Position numbers and translations under genes: made by a program. Positions 27,493 through 36,760 of a stretch of DNA of 64,000 bases are shown here, in pieces. The stretch lies in IMG/VR virus record IMGVR_UViG_2675903066_000001, positions 1 to 64,000 of that record; one strand, written 5' to 3'. Below the pieces are notes generated by a model. It was not told the DNA's origin, made no database searches, and was given only the letters and a program-made list of their open reading frames with translations. Position 1 is the stretch's first letter, and each line of letters starts with the position of its first letter. This DNA comes from a virus. Lineage: Duplodnaviria; Caudoviricetes.

Positions 27493-29544
27493 TTAGGTGT
27501 GCGTTGCGGACCAGGTGCCGCGGGGCGGGTCAACGTCCCAGCTGCGCCGCGACAGGTCAGCGCTCCATGTACGGCTGGCCGATTCCACGATCCAGCGGCG
27601 CCGCAGCACGTCGGCGCTCCACGTCTCGCCAGGCCCTTCCACGCCGGTAAAAGGGCCTCCGCGATAGAGCAGCGGGACGATCGGCAGCGCCTGGTCCAGC
27701 TCGTCGACCAGGACGACGAAGCCAGTGCCGAAACGGCCCGCCAGGCTGATCTCCGACGCCGGCCTGAGGCGCACCTGCTTGACGCGGTTCAGCACGACGG
27801 CCGAACTCATATCCGCCGCAACGCCAAGAAGCCGCTGATGGACAGGCCGCGACGCCCTGACGACGTCCGCGGTGGTGGCCATGCCGACATGGCGGATCTT
27901 CGTCCCGGTCACCGGGAGCGCGATGCTGCTCTCGACGAGCGTCCGGATGATCGGGCCCAGCGAGGCGGCAAGTTGCTGAGCTTCGCTGAACTCGATGCCG
28001 CGGCCGAGCGTGAGCGCGTGCGCGCCGGCCGCGTCCGCAGGGTTCCCAGCTTCTGCGGCTTGTCCCACGGAGCGGCGCTTCTGCCTGCCGAGCATGTCCG
28101 AAGCGTCAGCCTCAGTCGCCGTGCTGAGCCGACGAGCCCGCAGCACCCGAGCCCCGAGCACCGTCTCGGCGGACGACACGGGCCTGACCATGCGGAGCTT
28201 GCGCGCGCTGATCGGCTGCGCCGTGCTCGACTCCGTAACGCGGTCGATAGGTTCAGCGATCTGCGAGAACGCCGACCCGAGCTTGACGTCGGAGATAGCG
28301 ATGTCGTCGATGTAGGTCGCGCAGGCCGAATCTCTGCGGAGGTGAAACTCGACGGTGCTCGGCTTTACGCCACCCCATGCGACGTTTGCGATCGCGTAGT
28401 GGTCGTGGACGGCCGAGTCGGCTGAGAAGTACATCCACTGCTCGAGAGTGCCGACGCCGGATGTGCCCAGGTCGAATCTCCACTCGAACCGAACCCATTG
28501 CTCAAATGGTGCCCTGCTCGTCCCAGTGTTGATGTACTCGACGTCGGAGCCGGCATCCCACACCCCGACGCGGCCGGTGTTGAACATCCACGCTTTGAAG
28601 AGGACCCCGGAGGGTCCAAGCGCCGCGAACATCGGGACCGTGCCCGCGGGCGTCCCGTCCCGGTAAATGTACATTCGGGCGCAGAAAGTGTTCCCGGGCT
28701 GGGTGACGTTCTCCCAATCGAGGTGCGGGTCGCCTGCTCCGATGATCGCATTGCTGGCGGTCTTGCCGCCGTCTCGGTGTGGGATCCAGCTGCTATAGAA
28801 CGGCTGGCCGACGATTTTGTGGAAGGCATTCCCGGCGTTGCCGCCAGAGTTCGCGAGGGTGATCGCGGTTCCGTCAGCAACGTTGACATCGAAGTTGTTG
28901 GACAGCCGGACAGGCGCAGACTGGAAGGGAACAGGGTCGGTATCAGTCGAGGCTCCGCTGCCTCCCGACAGGGTGAGGCCGTTGCCGGAGTTGTCAGTCG
29001 TCGACGGCCCACTGAACCTGTAGTAGGCGCGCAGATTGGTCGTTCGCACAGGAAGGAACTGGCTGGCCTCGGCCTCCAGCTGCGTCTGCGTCAGGGCGGC
29101 GCTCCACCATTTGAGTCCGGCGATGGACCCGTTGAGCCACTCCCCGCCATAGACAGAGTCTCCGATGCGGAAGTTCGTGTGCGTCGTGTTACCCGCGCCG
29201 TTGCTCCAAGTGGCGATGCTGTACGCCGTCTCGTTGGCTGCCCTGGACACCATCGTCCCGGACGAGCCATTGACCGAGATGGCGATGAAGTACCAGACGC
29301 CTACTGTCATCGCGCGCGTGGCCAAAGGAGTGACGCTGGACTGGAAAAAGCCCATCGTCGTGCCATCGTTGTCGGTCTGGAGCAGGTTGTAATTGCCGAT
29401 GCTGCTGTCGATGCACCACGCGCTGCTGTAGTTGTTTCGGTCGGCGGAGAGTTTCACCCAGCACGTCACCGACCATGCACCTTGCGTGGAGAGATTGACG
29501 ACACGAAGGTAGTCCTCGCCAGCGGCGTCGAACCGGACCGCCAT
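27493..29544 (-). CDS. LamG/concanavalin-like virion protein with repetitive C-terminus
   Basis: WSVTCWVK, WYFIAIS, FRIG...WLNGSIA..WSAALT; second beta-sandwich ending YIDDIAIS. Confidence 0.8.
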   Translation of the reverse strand: MAVRFDAAGEDYLRVVNLSTQGAWSVTCWVKLSADRNNYSSAWCIDSSIGNYNLLQTDNDGTTMGFFQSSVTPLATRAMTVGVWYFIAISVNGSSGTMVSRAANETAYSIATWSNGAGNTTHTNFRIGDSVYGGEWLNGSIAGLKWWSAALTQTQLEAEASQFLPVRTTNLRAYYRFSGPSTTDNSGNGLTLSGGSGASTDTDPVPFQSAPVRLSNNFDVNVADGTAITLANSGGNAGNAFHKIVGQPFYSSWIPHRDGGKTASNAIIGAGDPHLDWENVTQPGNTFCARMYIYRDGTPAGTVPMFAALGPSGVLFKAWMFNTGRVGVWDAGSDVEYINTGTSRAPFEQWVRFEWRFDLGTSGVGTLEQWMYFSADSAVHDHYAIANVAWGGVKPSTVEFHLRRDSACATYIDDIAISDVKLGSAFSQIAEPIDRVTESSTAQPISARKLRMVRPVSSAETVLGARVLRARRLSTATEADASDMLGRQKRRSVGQAAEAGNPADAAGAHALTLGRGIEFSEAQQLAASLGPIIRTLVESSIALPVTGTKIRHVGMATTADVVRASRPVHQRLLGVAADMSSAVVLNRVKQVRLRPASEISLAGRFGTGFVVLVDELDQALPIVPLLYRGGPFTGVEGPGETWSADVLRRRWIVESASRTWSADLSRRSWDVDPPRGTWSATHT

Positions 29545-30021
29545 CTACTGCGCCCGGAAGAAGCCCGATGCGGCGATCTGCGCGACCACGTCGGTCCCAT
29601 CGGGAGTGATCGCGAAGTCGTGGCAGGTGAGAGGCACGATCTGCGAGTCGGTGGAGGACGCGGACGGCCGGTAGCAGATGACCAGCTTGGCCCACGCTCC
29701 GCTCGCCGCGAGGACCTGCGTCCACGTCTGGTCGGGGATGTCGACGTTGACGAGGTCGTTGGTGTTGTCGACGACGGCCGGGCTGAGGTCCGCCGCGACG
29801 AGCACCTTGCGCGCGTAGCCGTTGCCGGTGGGAACCTCGTTGGTGGTGCCCGACAGCACGTCGAACAGCGTCGCCTTGTCCTTCAGGTCGGCGTCGGACT
29901 CGATGCCGGCCGCGGCCAGGGCGACCACGAGCAGCGCGCACCCGGACGGGTCGTTGGCGCGGACGCGGTTGTGCAGCTCAGTGATGCGGCCCAGCGCGAT
30001 GTTGAACGTGAAGTCGGCCAC
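29545..30021 (-). CDS. Conserved phage structural-type protein
   Basis: FNIALGR, NEV-TGNGYARK, DFAITPDG-D, GFFRA. Confidence 0.7.
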   Translation of the reverse strand: MADFTFNIALGRITELHNRVRANDPSGCALLVVALAAAGIESDADLKDKATLFDVLSGTTNEVPTGNGYARKVLVAADLSPAVVDNTNDLVNVDIPDQTWTQVLAASGAWAKLVICYRPSASSTDSQIVPLTCHDFAITPDGTDVVAQIAASGFFRAQ

Positions 30022-30302
30022 GAGGCTCTCCCAGGTCAGGGATGGTCAGGTCCTGGGTGCGGCCCAGGCCCCGCGCTGCCCCTCAACAGCAGGGGGCCGG
30101 GGCCGCACCGGTGTGCTCGACGCGCGCACGGGGAAGCCGCGCGGAGCACAACGCACCTCCGGGCGGCCAGGCCGCCACAACCGGCCGCGTGTCTGGGGTG
30201 CGCGTCTAGGCAGGTCGGTTTTGCCGTACCGGCAAAAATTTTTGGCTGTTCGGCATGCGGCGCCGACTATGGAGCGAGACCTGCGTTCCTTTAGCGGAAA
30301 GG

Positions 30303-30746
30303 ATGGATCCCATGGTCAACCGGCATCACACCGAAGCACCTGGCAGCATCAGCATGGGCGGCACGGCCAGCCTCTTGACTCTGACCGAGAAGTCCGGCAT
30401 CGGCGCCGTGACAGGCGCCATCGACGGTGCCGCCTACGGCGAGCCCACCAGCGACCTGAAGCAAGTCGGCGACGGCAGGGTCGAGTACACGATGCTCCAC
30501 GTCTTCCTCGACAAGGACGGCTCCATGCTGCGCACGCGGGACAATGCCGTCCTGCACACGCCTACAGGGGACGGCCACAGCACCCTGGAGGTGGAGTACA
30601 CCGTGGTCGAGGCCACGGGGAAATTCACGGGGTACGGCGGCACCTTCAGGAGCCGCGGCTGGGTCAGCATGCCGGAAGGCGAACGCGCGTTCGACCAGCA
30701 TACCGTCGGCGTCGTCCGCTTCGAGGGGGAGATCCGCCGCGGCTGA
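30303..30746 (+). CDS. Beta-barrel protein, dirigent/AOC-like (moron)
   Basis: YTVVEATGKFTGYGGT motif; opposite strand. Confidence 0.6.
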   Translation: MDPMVNRHHTEAPGSISMGGTASLLTLTEKSGIGAVTGAIDGAAYGEPTSDLKQVGDGRVEYTMLHVFLDKDGSMLRTRDNAVLHTPTGDGHSTLEVEYTVVEATGKFTGYGGTFRSRGWVSMPEGERAFDQHTVGVVRFEGEIRRG

Positions 30747-30793
30747 CCACGTCGATGCCGCCCACCTAGGGCAGTGCACGTGTCGATCTGGAG

Positions 30794-32080
30794 CTAGTAC
30801 ATGGGGACGGGTTCGAGGAGGCGAATCCACGCCGCTTGCGTAGTGTGGACGGCGTACCGGAGGGCGTCCACGCTGTGGTCGTCCACCTTGACCGGGGCGT
30901 CGTCGCCCTTCTCGGCTTTCTTGTCGTCCCAGGCGTAGCCGGCCATCTCGTCGAGGAGGTAGCGGCAGCTCTCGTGCACCCGCAGGTGATCGGCTGAGAT
31001 CACGTTCGAGACGGTGCGGATGCCGTCCAGCACGCTGTTGTCGGCCTGCATCGGCCGGTAGTGGTCCCGGTACAGCTGCTGGATGAAGCTGGCCGCGCTC
31101 GGGTCGACGATCAGCCACTCAGGCCTGACGCCGTGCGTGCCAGGCCCGTACGTGCCGGGGATGTTGTCCAGCCAGTCCGTCAGCCGCGCGCTGTACTCGC
31201 CGTCCGTGAGCTGCCTGCGTTCCGCGCGGGAGTCGTACCGCAGTTCGGAGGCGACGTAGATGCGGCGCTGCCCGTCCCGGTCGGGGACGCTGACGCCGAG
31301 CAGGAGCGCGGCGAACGGGTTGGTCGTGCCATAGTCGATCCCCACGGACAGCCACTTCTCCATCAGCGGCAGCGCGGTGACGACGTGCTTGTCCTCGTCG
31401 AACATGTCGTAGATCGCGCCTTCGGCCATGACCCACAGGCCGCTGATGAAGCGCTTGTACCAGAGCCCGCTGTACTCGCTCTTGAGCGCCTTGACATAGG
31501 CCGGGTCGAGGCTGTGGTTGTCGTCGAGCGAGAAGTGCCAGCTCCTGAGGTCGAGCTCGTGGGCCCGGTCGAGGAAGTCCTTCTTCAGCCAGTGCGACGG
31601 CGCGTCAGGGTTCGTGCTCCCGAACAACTTGGCGCCCGTTACGGACAGGCGGCTGAGCAGCATGTCCCAGAACGCCCGGTCGATCAGCGTGATCTCGTCA
31701 ACGTACGCGCCAACCGCCGTCATGCCTCGCAGGCGGTTCTCCGCTCGGGCGTCGTTGGAGGTGACGATCTCGACGGTGCGGCCGAGAATCTTCGCGGTCG
31801 GCGCACCTCTGGTGTAGGTGATCCTTTTGGCGATCGGGCCGGTGATCGCGGGGTCCATGAGCGGCTCAAAGACGTTTCTGCCGACGGTGTCGCTCGTCTT
31901 GCCGACGACGACCAGGCTCCCACCTCGCGGCGCGTTCGCCACGAAGATCACCCAGCGAATAAGCGAGGCGATGGTTTTCCCCGACCGGATGGCCCCCTGC
32001 CAGATGTTCAGGCGGGCCGTCGACTCGGCGATGCTCTTCTCTTGCTTCGGCGACAGCTTGATCGCCATGGCCAGGCTCAC
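30794..32080 (-). CDS. terL: Terminase large subunit (PBSX-like)
   Basis: GAIRSGKT Walker A, YVDE, STNPD, IDYGTTNP, DDHSVDALRY. Confidence 0.95.
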   Translation of the reverse strand: MSLAMAIKLSPKQEKSIAESTARLNIWQGAIRSGKTIASLIRWVIFVANAPRGGSLVVVGKTSDTVGRNVFEPLMDPAITGPIAKRITYTRGAPTAKILGRTVEIVTSNDARAENRLRGMTAVGAYVDEITLIDRAFWDMLLSRLSVTGAKLFGSTNPDAPSHWLKKDFLDRAHELDLRSWHFSLDDNHSLDPAYVKALKSEYSGLWYKRFISGLWVMAEGAIYDMFDEDKHVVTALPLMEKWLSVGIDYGTTNPFAALLLGVSVPDRDGQRRIYVASELRYDSRAERRQLTDGEYSARLTDWLDNIPGTYGPGTHGVRPEWLIVDPSAASFIQQLYRDHYRPMQADNSVLDGIRTVSNVISADHLRVHESCRYLLDEMAGYAWDDKKAEKGDDAPVKVDDHSVDALRYAVHTTQAAWIRLLEPVPMY

Positions 32081-32571
32081 GCTTCGCCCCCGGCGTCGTC
32101 GTATCCGATCTCGCCGATCACCTCGGCCTGAAGGATCACGTCCGTGTCCGGGTCGGGCACGTTGTGGCGCTGCTGCAGCTGGATCAGCATGTTGCCGAGC
32201 AGGCTGGCCATGTCGTTGTCGGCCGCGCCGTTCCGGTTGATCAGGTCCAGGCCGAGCAGGCTCGCCCGCTTGTTCACGATCTTCAGCGCGGCTTCGACGG
32301 CGTTGACCTCGCCCTTGATCACCTTCGGCCAGACCGCCGCCATCATCCGGTCGAGCCGGTTGATCTCCAGGTTCAGCAACTCCTCAGCCGCCATCGACTC
32401 CTGCTTGGCGGCCCGCTTCAACGCGGCCGTGATGTCCTTGGACACCAGCTGCGGCGACGAATAGCCGAGCCGCTGAGCGATCACCGCGTTGCTGACCCCG
32501 GCGATCCGCATCTGCAAGGCCTGGTAGCGGCGCTCATGCCGGGCCAATTTCGTCTGTGCGTCCTCAGCCAT
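32077..32571 (-). CDS. terS: Terminase small subunit
   Basis: N-terminal HTH, RASLLGLD; overlaps terL. Confidence 0.8.
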   Translation of the reverse strand: MAEDAQTKLARHERRYQALQMRIAGVSNAVIAQRLGYSSPQLVSKDITAALKRAAKQESMAAEELLNLEINRLDRMMAAVWPKVIKGEVNAVEAALKIVNKRASLLGLDLINRNGAADNDMASLLGNMLIQLQQRHNVPDPDTDVILQAEVIGEIGYDDAGGEA

Positions 32572-32598
32572 GAGGGGAGCCGCCTCCTTCCGTCAGCG

Positions 32599-33360
32599 TT
32601 ACCGCTGGCGCTCTGCGTGCGTTCGCAGCGCTGCCACCACCACATCCGCGAGCGGCACGGCACCGTCCCGCGCGCGGATGGCCGCGATCAGGCCCGTCAC
32701 CTCGTCGTGCTGCGCGGCCGTCAGCGGCACGATCAGCTCGACCAGCGCGCCCGCCTTCGGCCGAGGAGGAGGCGCGGCCGCCGCGGCGGGGCCAACGTCG
32801 CCGGCGTCGTCCTCTTCGTCCTCGTCGTCCTGGCCCTCGTCGGCCTGGTCGTCGTCGACGTCGGCCAACTCGTCCTCGTCAACGTCGCGGGCAGAGGCGG
32901 GGACCGGGGCCGGCGCGGGCCTCGGCTGGGCGGGCTCGTCCTGCACGATCTCGATCTCGTTGCCGAGGTCGTGCAGGATGTCCGCGAGGTCCTCCTCCCG
33001 CCACCCCGTGCCGTCGAGGTCGGGAAGCGACTGGAGCAGCTCGGCGAGCTTGCCGTCGTCGTACTCTCCGTACTCGGCGAGCCGGTTGTCCGCCAGCATG
33101 ATCCGCTTCGCGGTCTCGTCGTCCACGTCGATGACGACGGTGGGCACGTGCTTCAGCCCGGCCTTGGTTGCGCCGCGCCAGCGGTGCTCACCAGCGATGA
33201 TCCGCATCCGGGACTTCTGCGCGACGACGGACCCGTAGAAGCCGTGCTTCCGGATCGACGCCACGATCACGTCGATGTCGCCGCGGTGCGGGTTGTCCGG
33301 GTGCGGCTTCAGGTCGCGGACCGCGACCATCCGGTATTCCTGCGGCGCGATCTCCGCCAT
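32599..33360 (-). CDS. ParB/Srx N-terminal-domain protein
   Basis: LKPHPDNP, IIAGEHRWRG, LADNR. Confidence 0.85.
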   Translation of the reverse strand: MAEIAPQEYRMVAVRDLKPHPDNPHRGDIDVIVASIRKHGFYGSVVAQKSRMRIIAGEHRWRGATKAGLKHVPTVVIDVDDETAKRIMLADNRLAEYGEYDDGKLAELLQSLPDLDGTGWREEDLADILHDLGNEIEIVQDEPAQPRPAPAPVPASARDVDEDELADVDDDQADEGQDDEDEEDDAGDVGPAAAAAPPPRPKAGALVELIVPLTAAQHDEVTGLIAAIRARDGAVPLADVVVAALRTHAERQR

Positions 33361-33378
33361 CAGCCCTCCCGCAGCAGG

Positions 33379-33618
33379 TCAGTATTCGGGGTGGTCGTCA
33401 TCGGCTGCCACGGCATCGATCCACTGCGGCGGGGCCGGCTCGACGACCTCGACGGTCTGCTCGGTCACCCACATCGCGCGGGCGCCGATCTTCTCCGAGA
33501 AGTCGTTGAGCGACTCGGTGTCGTCGCCGGGCTGGGCCTGGTCCACGATCAGCGCGAACGGCTCCTCGTGGATGCCGCCCATCTCGATCAGCGGGAGCTG
33601 CAGGACTTGGATGCGCAC
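33379..33618 (-). CDS. Hypothetical protein
   Basis: Coupled 79-aa ORF. Confidence 0.6.
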   Translation of the reverse strand: MRIQVLQLPLIEMGGIHEEPFALIVDQAQPGDDTESLNDFSEKIGARAMWVTEQTVEVVEPAPPQWIDAVAADDDHPEY

Positions 33619-33914
33619 TACTCGCCCGCCGCGCCCAGCTCGGAGAACCGGCGCTCGAAGATCGACGCCGCGACGGGCCAGAACTCGCCCCCGCCGTCGT
33701 GCAGGACGTAGTCGCCGAGGTACGCGCGGCGCATCCCCTCAGGCGTCTGGATGTCGACGTACTCGCCCGAGCGGCCGCGGAGCGCTGTCCGGCCGATGAT
33801 GCCCTTCAGGTTCGAGTGCTTGTTGATCCAGGCCACGACCTCCGGGACCTGGCCGCCGAGGACCTTGACGGCCTCGACCAGCTCGGGCACGTGCTGGTAC
33901 TCCTTGATGTCCAT
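33618..33914 (-). CDS. Phage hypothetical protein
   Basis: IQTPEG-RA-GDYV...GEFWPV..IFE motif. Confidence 0.7.
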   Translation of the reverse strand: MDIKEYQHVPELVEAVKVLGGQVPEVVAWINKHSNLKGIIGRTALRGRSGEYVDIQTPEGMRRAYLGDYVLHDGGGEFWPVAASIFERRFSELGAAGE

Positions 33915-33963
33915 GCCGCCACTCCATTCTTAGCGTGCGCGTGAATTTCCGCATTAGGTGGTT

Positions 33964-33988
33964 CTCTACTTAGGGGGCTAGGTAGAGT
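33964..33988 (+). promoter_or_regulatory. Leaderless promoter with inverted repeat (putative PadR operator)
   Basis: CTCTAC...GTAGAG; -10-like TAGAGT 6 nt before ATG 33995. Confidence 0.5.
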
Positions 33989-33994
33989 AAGAGC

Positions 33995-34336
33995 ATGCCT
34001 AAACGAGCAGGGCCGCGGATGACGCTGCCCACGCAACTTGTCCTTCGAGCCCTGCTCGAAGACCCCACAAGAGAGATGTACGGGCTGGAGATATGCGCAG
34101 CCGCCGGTCTGCCCACAGGTACTATCCACCCGATTCTCGCCCGCTTCGAAGGGCTAGGCTGGCTCACGTCACATTGGGAAGATGCCGACCCGCACGAGAA
34201 GGGTCGTCCTCGGCGCCGCTATTACAGACTCACGCCGGATGGCATAGTGCAGGCACGTGATGCCCTGGCCACGGCGCACACCCAGGTCGCCAGAATCTCT
34301 GCCGCAAGGCGTGGTCTGTTGGGCGGGACCGCATGA
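33995..34336 (+). CDS. PadR-family regulator
   Basis: YGLEI, GTIHPILAR, RPRRRYYRLT-DG. Confidence 0.92.
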   Translation: MPKRAGPRMTLPTQLVLRALLEDPTREMYGLEICAAAGLPTGTIHPILARFEGLGWLTSHWEDADPHEKGRPRRRYYRLTPDGIVQARDALATAHTQVARISAARRGLLGGTA

Positions 34337-35196
34337 CTGCAGACGCGAACTCCCTATACGCGATCAGGCATCGTCAGCCCAGCCTGGAGGAGGCTTGCCT
34401 GATCTTGGAGTTTATAGCCAAGGAAATAGACAACGGAATCGAGCCACTCGCCGAACATGGAGCGTATGACTGTAGAGCCGTCACCACGTGGATGAATGAG
34501 CTAGCAGCTAGCCTCGAAGAGGCGAACATCCCCTCCTATGCAGGGAACGAGGTCTTCGAGCTCTTCCACCGTTTGGAGCGTGAGCTCGACGTTCTTCACG
34601 CTGCGGTCCGCAACTCCCGACCCAACTACGAGATTGCAAGCGTTGAGGATCGTGTGCGGCTGCTCGCTTACGAACTTCACCGCGTTCTAGACCGGCATCG
34701 GTTCAGACCTGCCGTGGTTCCTTATGAGAACGTCCAGCCGGTTTCCGACAAGCCTCGCGTTGAAGTCGCGCGCCCTGCCACGCGCATGGTTAAACTCGCC
34801 CTCTTCATGCTGCCCCATGCTCACCGCGAACGCTACGACGAAGAAGCTCACAGCGAGTTGTACGACTTGGCACGAGCTAAGGCCACTGCCAGCATGCAGG
34901 TTTATCACGCCTTGCGATACGGCATCCGAATGGTGCAGCTTCGCAGCGCCTTGAAGGATCCGGCCCGACGGAGTTGGGAACCCGTTCTACAGGTTACGTG
35001 CTGGATTTTGGCGACGGAGTTTCGGACATGGCTGATCATCGGCTCAGTGACGACCGCCGCTCTGATCAACGTCGTGGCGGAACAGGGATGGGGCTCCGCT
35101 GTACTCGCAGCTCCAACCGCATGGATGTTTCACCACGGAGCACGATGGCTTCGCAAGCGCCTCGGCCTGTCATTGAAGGAGGGCGATGAGGAGTAA
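34333..35196 (+). CDS. PadR-coupled membrane protein
   Basis: LP..HRERYDEE motif, C-terminal TMs; ATGA overlap; lower GC. Confidence 0.7.
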   Translation: MTADANSLYAIRHRQPSLEEACLILEFIAKEIDNGIEPLAEHGAYDCRAVTTWMNELAASLEEANIPSYAGNEVFELFHRLERELDVLHAAVRNSRPNYEIASVEDRVRLLAYELHRVLDRHRFRPAVVPYENVQPVSDKPRVEVARPATRMVKLALFMLPHAHRERYDEEAHSELYDLARAKATASMQVYHALRYGIRMVQLRSALKDPARRSWEPVLQVTCWILATEFRTWLIIGSVTTAALINVVAEQGWGSAVLAAPTAWMFHHGARWLRKRLGLSLKEGDEE

Positions 35197-35201
35197 ATGG
35201 C

Positions 35202-35990
35202 CTAGCGATTGATCCACACGGACTCCACGGCGTGCCTCCGCTCGTCTGAGCTGGAGGCGCGCACTCGGTAGTCGATGCGGCGCCAGTCGGAGAGCAGCTC
35301 GTCGTACAGCTCGCTGCGGTACCCGGACAGCACCACGGCTCCCTTGCAGGCGGCGAGGACCTCCAGGAGGCGGCGGTGCTCGGGCTCCAGGTCCATCTCC
35401 TTGACGTAGTGGCCAGAGCCGAACTCGTTCCGCGTGCTGCGCAGGTACGGCGGGTCGACGTACATCGCGGTCTGCGGCGAGTCCATCCGCTCGATCAGCT
35501 CGAACGCGTCCACCTGCTCGATGAACGCCTCCCGCAGCCGAGCCGCGTGCCAGCGCAGAGCCGCGGCGGCCCGCTTGGAGCCGGCCGGGTTGTTGACCCG
35601 CGTTCTCGAGGTCGGCCTGCGCCAGGAGGCGCCGGCCTCACCGCTGCGGGACTGCGTGCACTGGATCCACCAGCGGCGGGCGCGCTCCAGGTCTGACGCG
35701 GTGTTGTCGCCCAGCTTGGCGGCCTGGTGCTCGGCGCGGGCGTACGGCGTCAGCTCGATCGCGCGGATCAGCGATCGGGGCCGATCGCGCAGCGTCCTCA
35801 TGAAGCAGATGAGGTCGCCGTTGATGTCGTTGATCGTCTCGATCTGGACGGGCTGCTTGGCGAAGAACACCGCGGCGCTGCCCGCGAAGGGTTCGACGTA
35901 CACCTCGTGCGGCGGCAGGAGGCTGGCCAGGAACGGGCCCAGCCTGCCCTTGGCGCCGTAGTACTGGAACGGAGGGCGCAGGGCATCCAA
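35202..35990 (-). CDS. DNA adenine methyltransferase (Dam/D12 class)
   Basis: YYGAKG, YVEPFAGS, ETIND, YVDPPY. Confidence 0.93.
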   Translation of the reverse strand: MDALRPPFQYYGAKGRLGPFLASLLPPHEVYVEPFAGSAAVFFAKQPVQIETINDINGDLICFMRTLRDRPRSLIRAIELTPYARAEHQAAKLGDNTASDLERARRWWIQCTQSRSGEAGASWRRPTSRTRVNNPAGSKRAAAALRWHAARLREAFIEQVDAFELIERMDSPQTAMYVDPPYLRSTRNEFGSGHYVKEMDLEPEHRRLLEVLAACKGAVVLSGYRSELYDELLSDWRRIDYRVRASSSDERRHAVESVWINR

Positions 35991-36035
35991 GGCGGGCCCT
36001 CCTCGCTATGGTGACGTAGTGGACGATTCGATCAG

Positions 36036-36335
36036 GTGTGCGATCCGGTGAAGCCGAACCCGTACGACGATGAGGCGTATCCGGTCCCGAAGCCGCCGCT
36101 GGTCGCGTACGCACCCGCGGGGGAGTTCGATGATCGGGGCGTGTTCCTGCTGGCCTGGCGGCGGGTGGACGGCGGCCGCTGGGAGGGCCTGGTGACGTGG
36201 GTGGTCACCACGCGGTCGGGGGCCGGGGAGATGCACCGGAAGTTCGTCGAGTGGGTACCCGCCGATGACCTGCATCAGGTCCCGGCTGAGGCAATGCGCG
36301 ACAGGTACAAGGGAGTGCCGAGGTTCACTCAGTGA
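36036..36335 (+). CDS. Hypothetical protein
   Basis: LLAWRR..G-WEGLV...EWVPA motif. Confidence 0.55.
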   Translation: MCDPVKPNPYDDEAYPVPKPPLVAYAPAGEFDDRGVFLLAWRRVDGGRWEGLVTWVVTTRSGAGEMHRKFVEWVPADDLHQVPAEAMRDRYKGVPRFTQ

Positions 36336-36512
36336 CCGGTGCGAGCGTGGGAGCGCTTCTGTCTCTTGTGTCTCGCGTCATGGTGCGTGACCTGCGGAAA
36401 CGCGCGAAAGAGCGCGTAATGATCATGGTGTGCGCGATGCTGTGACCAGCGGAAACGTGCTGTCGTCTCGCCTAAGGCACCGTGTCGCGGACCTATTCCC
36501 TTACATGCGGAA

Positions 36513-36559
36513 GCGCTAGATAGACGCTCAGCGTTGACTACAGCGCGTCTATCTAGCGC
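36513..36559. repeat. Perfect 15-bp inverted repeat
   Basis: GCGCTAGATAGACGC-N17-GCGTCTATCTAGCGC. Confidence 0.8.
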
Positions 36560-36760
36560 GTTCTGGTCCGATCAAAGCGCAGCATCACCAGACACGGAGC
36601 AGCCGATACTGCTCGACATCCTCAGCGTGCCCCACCGAGACGTGGCACCCAGTGCACACCGCGCGGTCAGCCCACGTACCCAGGTTGATCGCACCGCAGT
36701 GGTGCACCCACGCCGACTTGTCCAGCGCGCTCGATCCCGACCTGGGCACGCAGCCTCCCT

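Noticed and set aside
16113-33711. Many long plus-strand ORFs (e.g. 25681-27279, 28498-30294, 32164-33711)
   Set aside because: They are antisense shadows of well-supported structural genes and lack motifs.
35202-35990. Restriction-modification system
   Set aside because: No cognate endonuclease is adjacent; orphan phage methylases are common.
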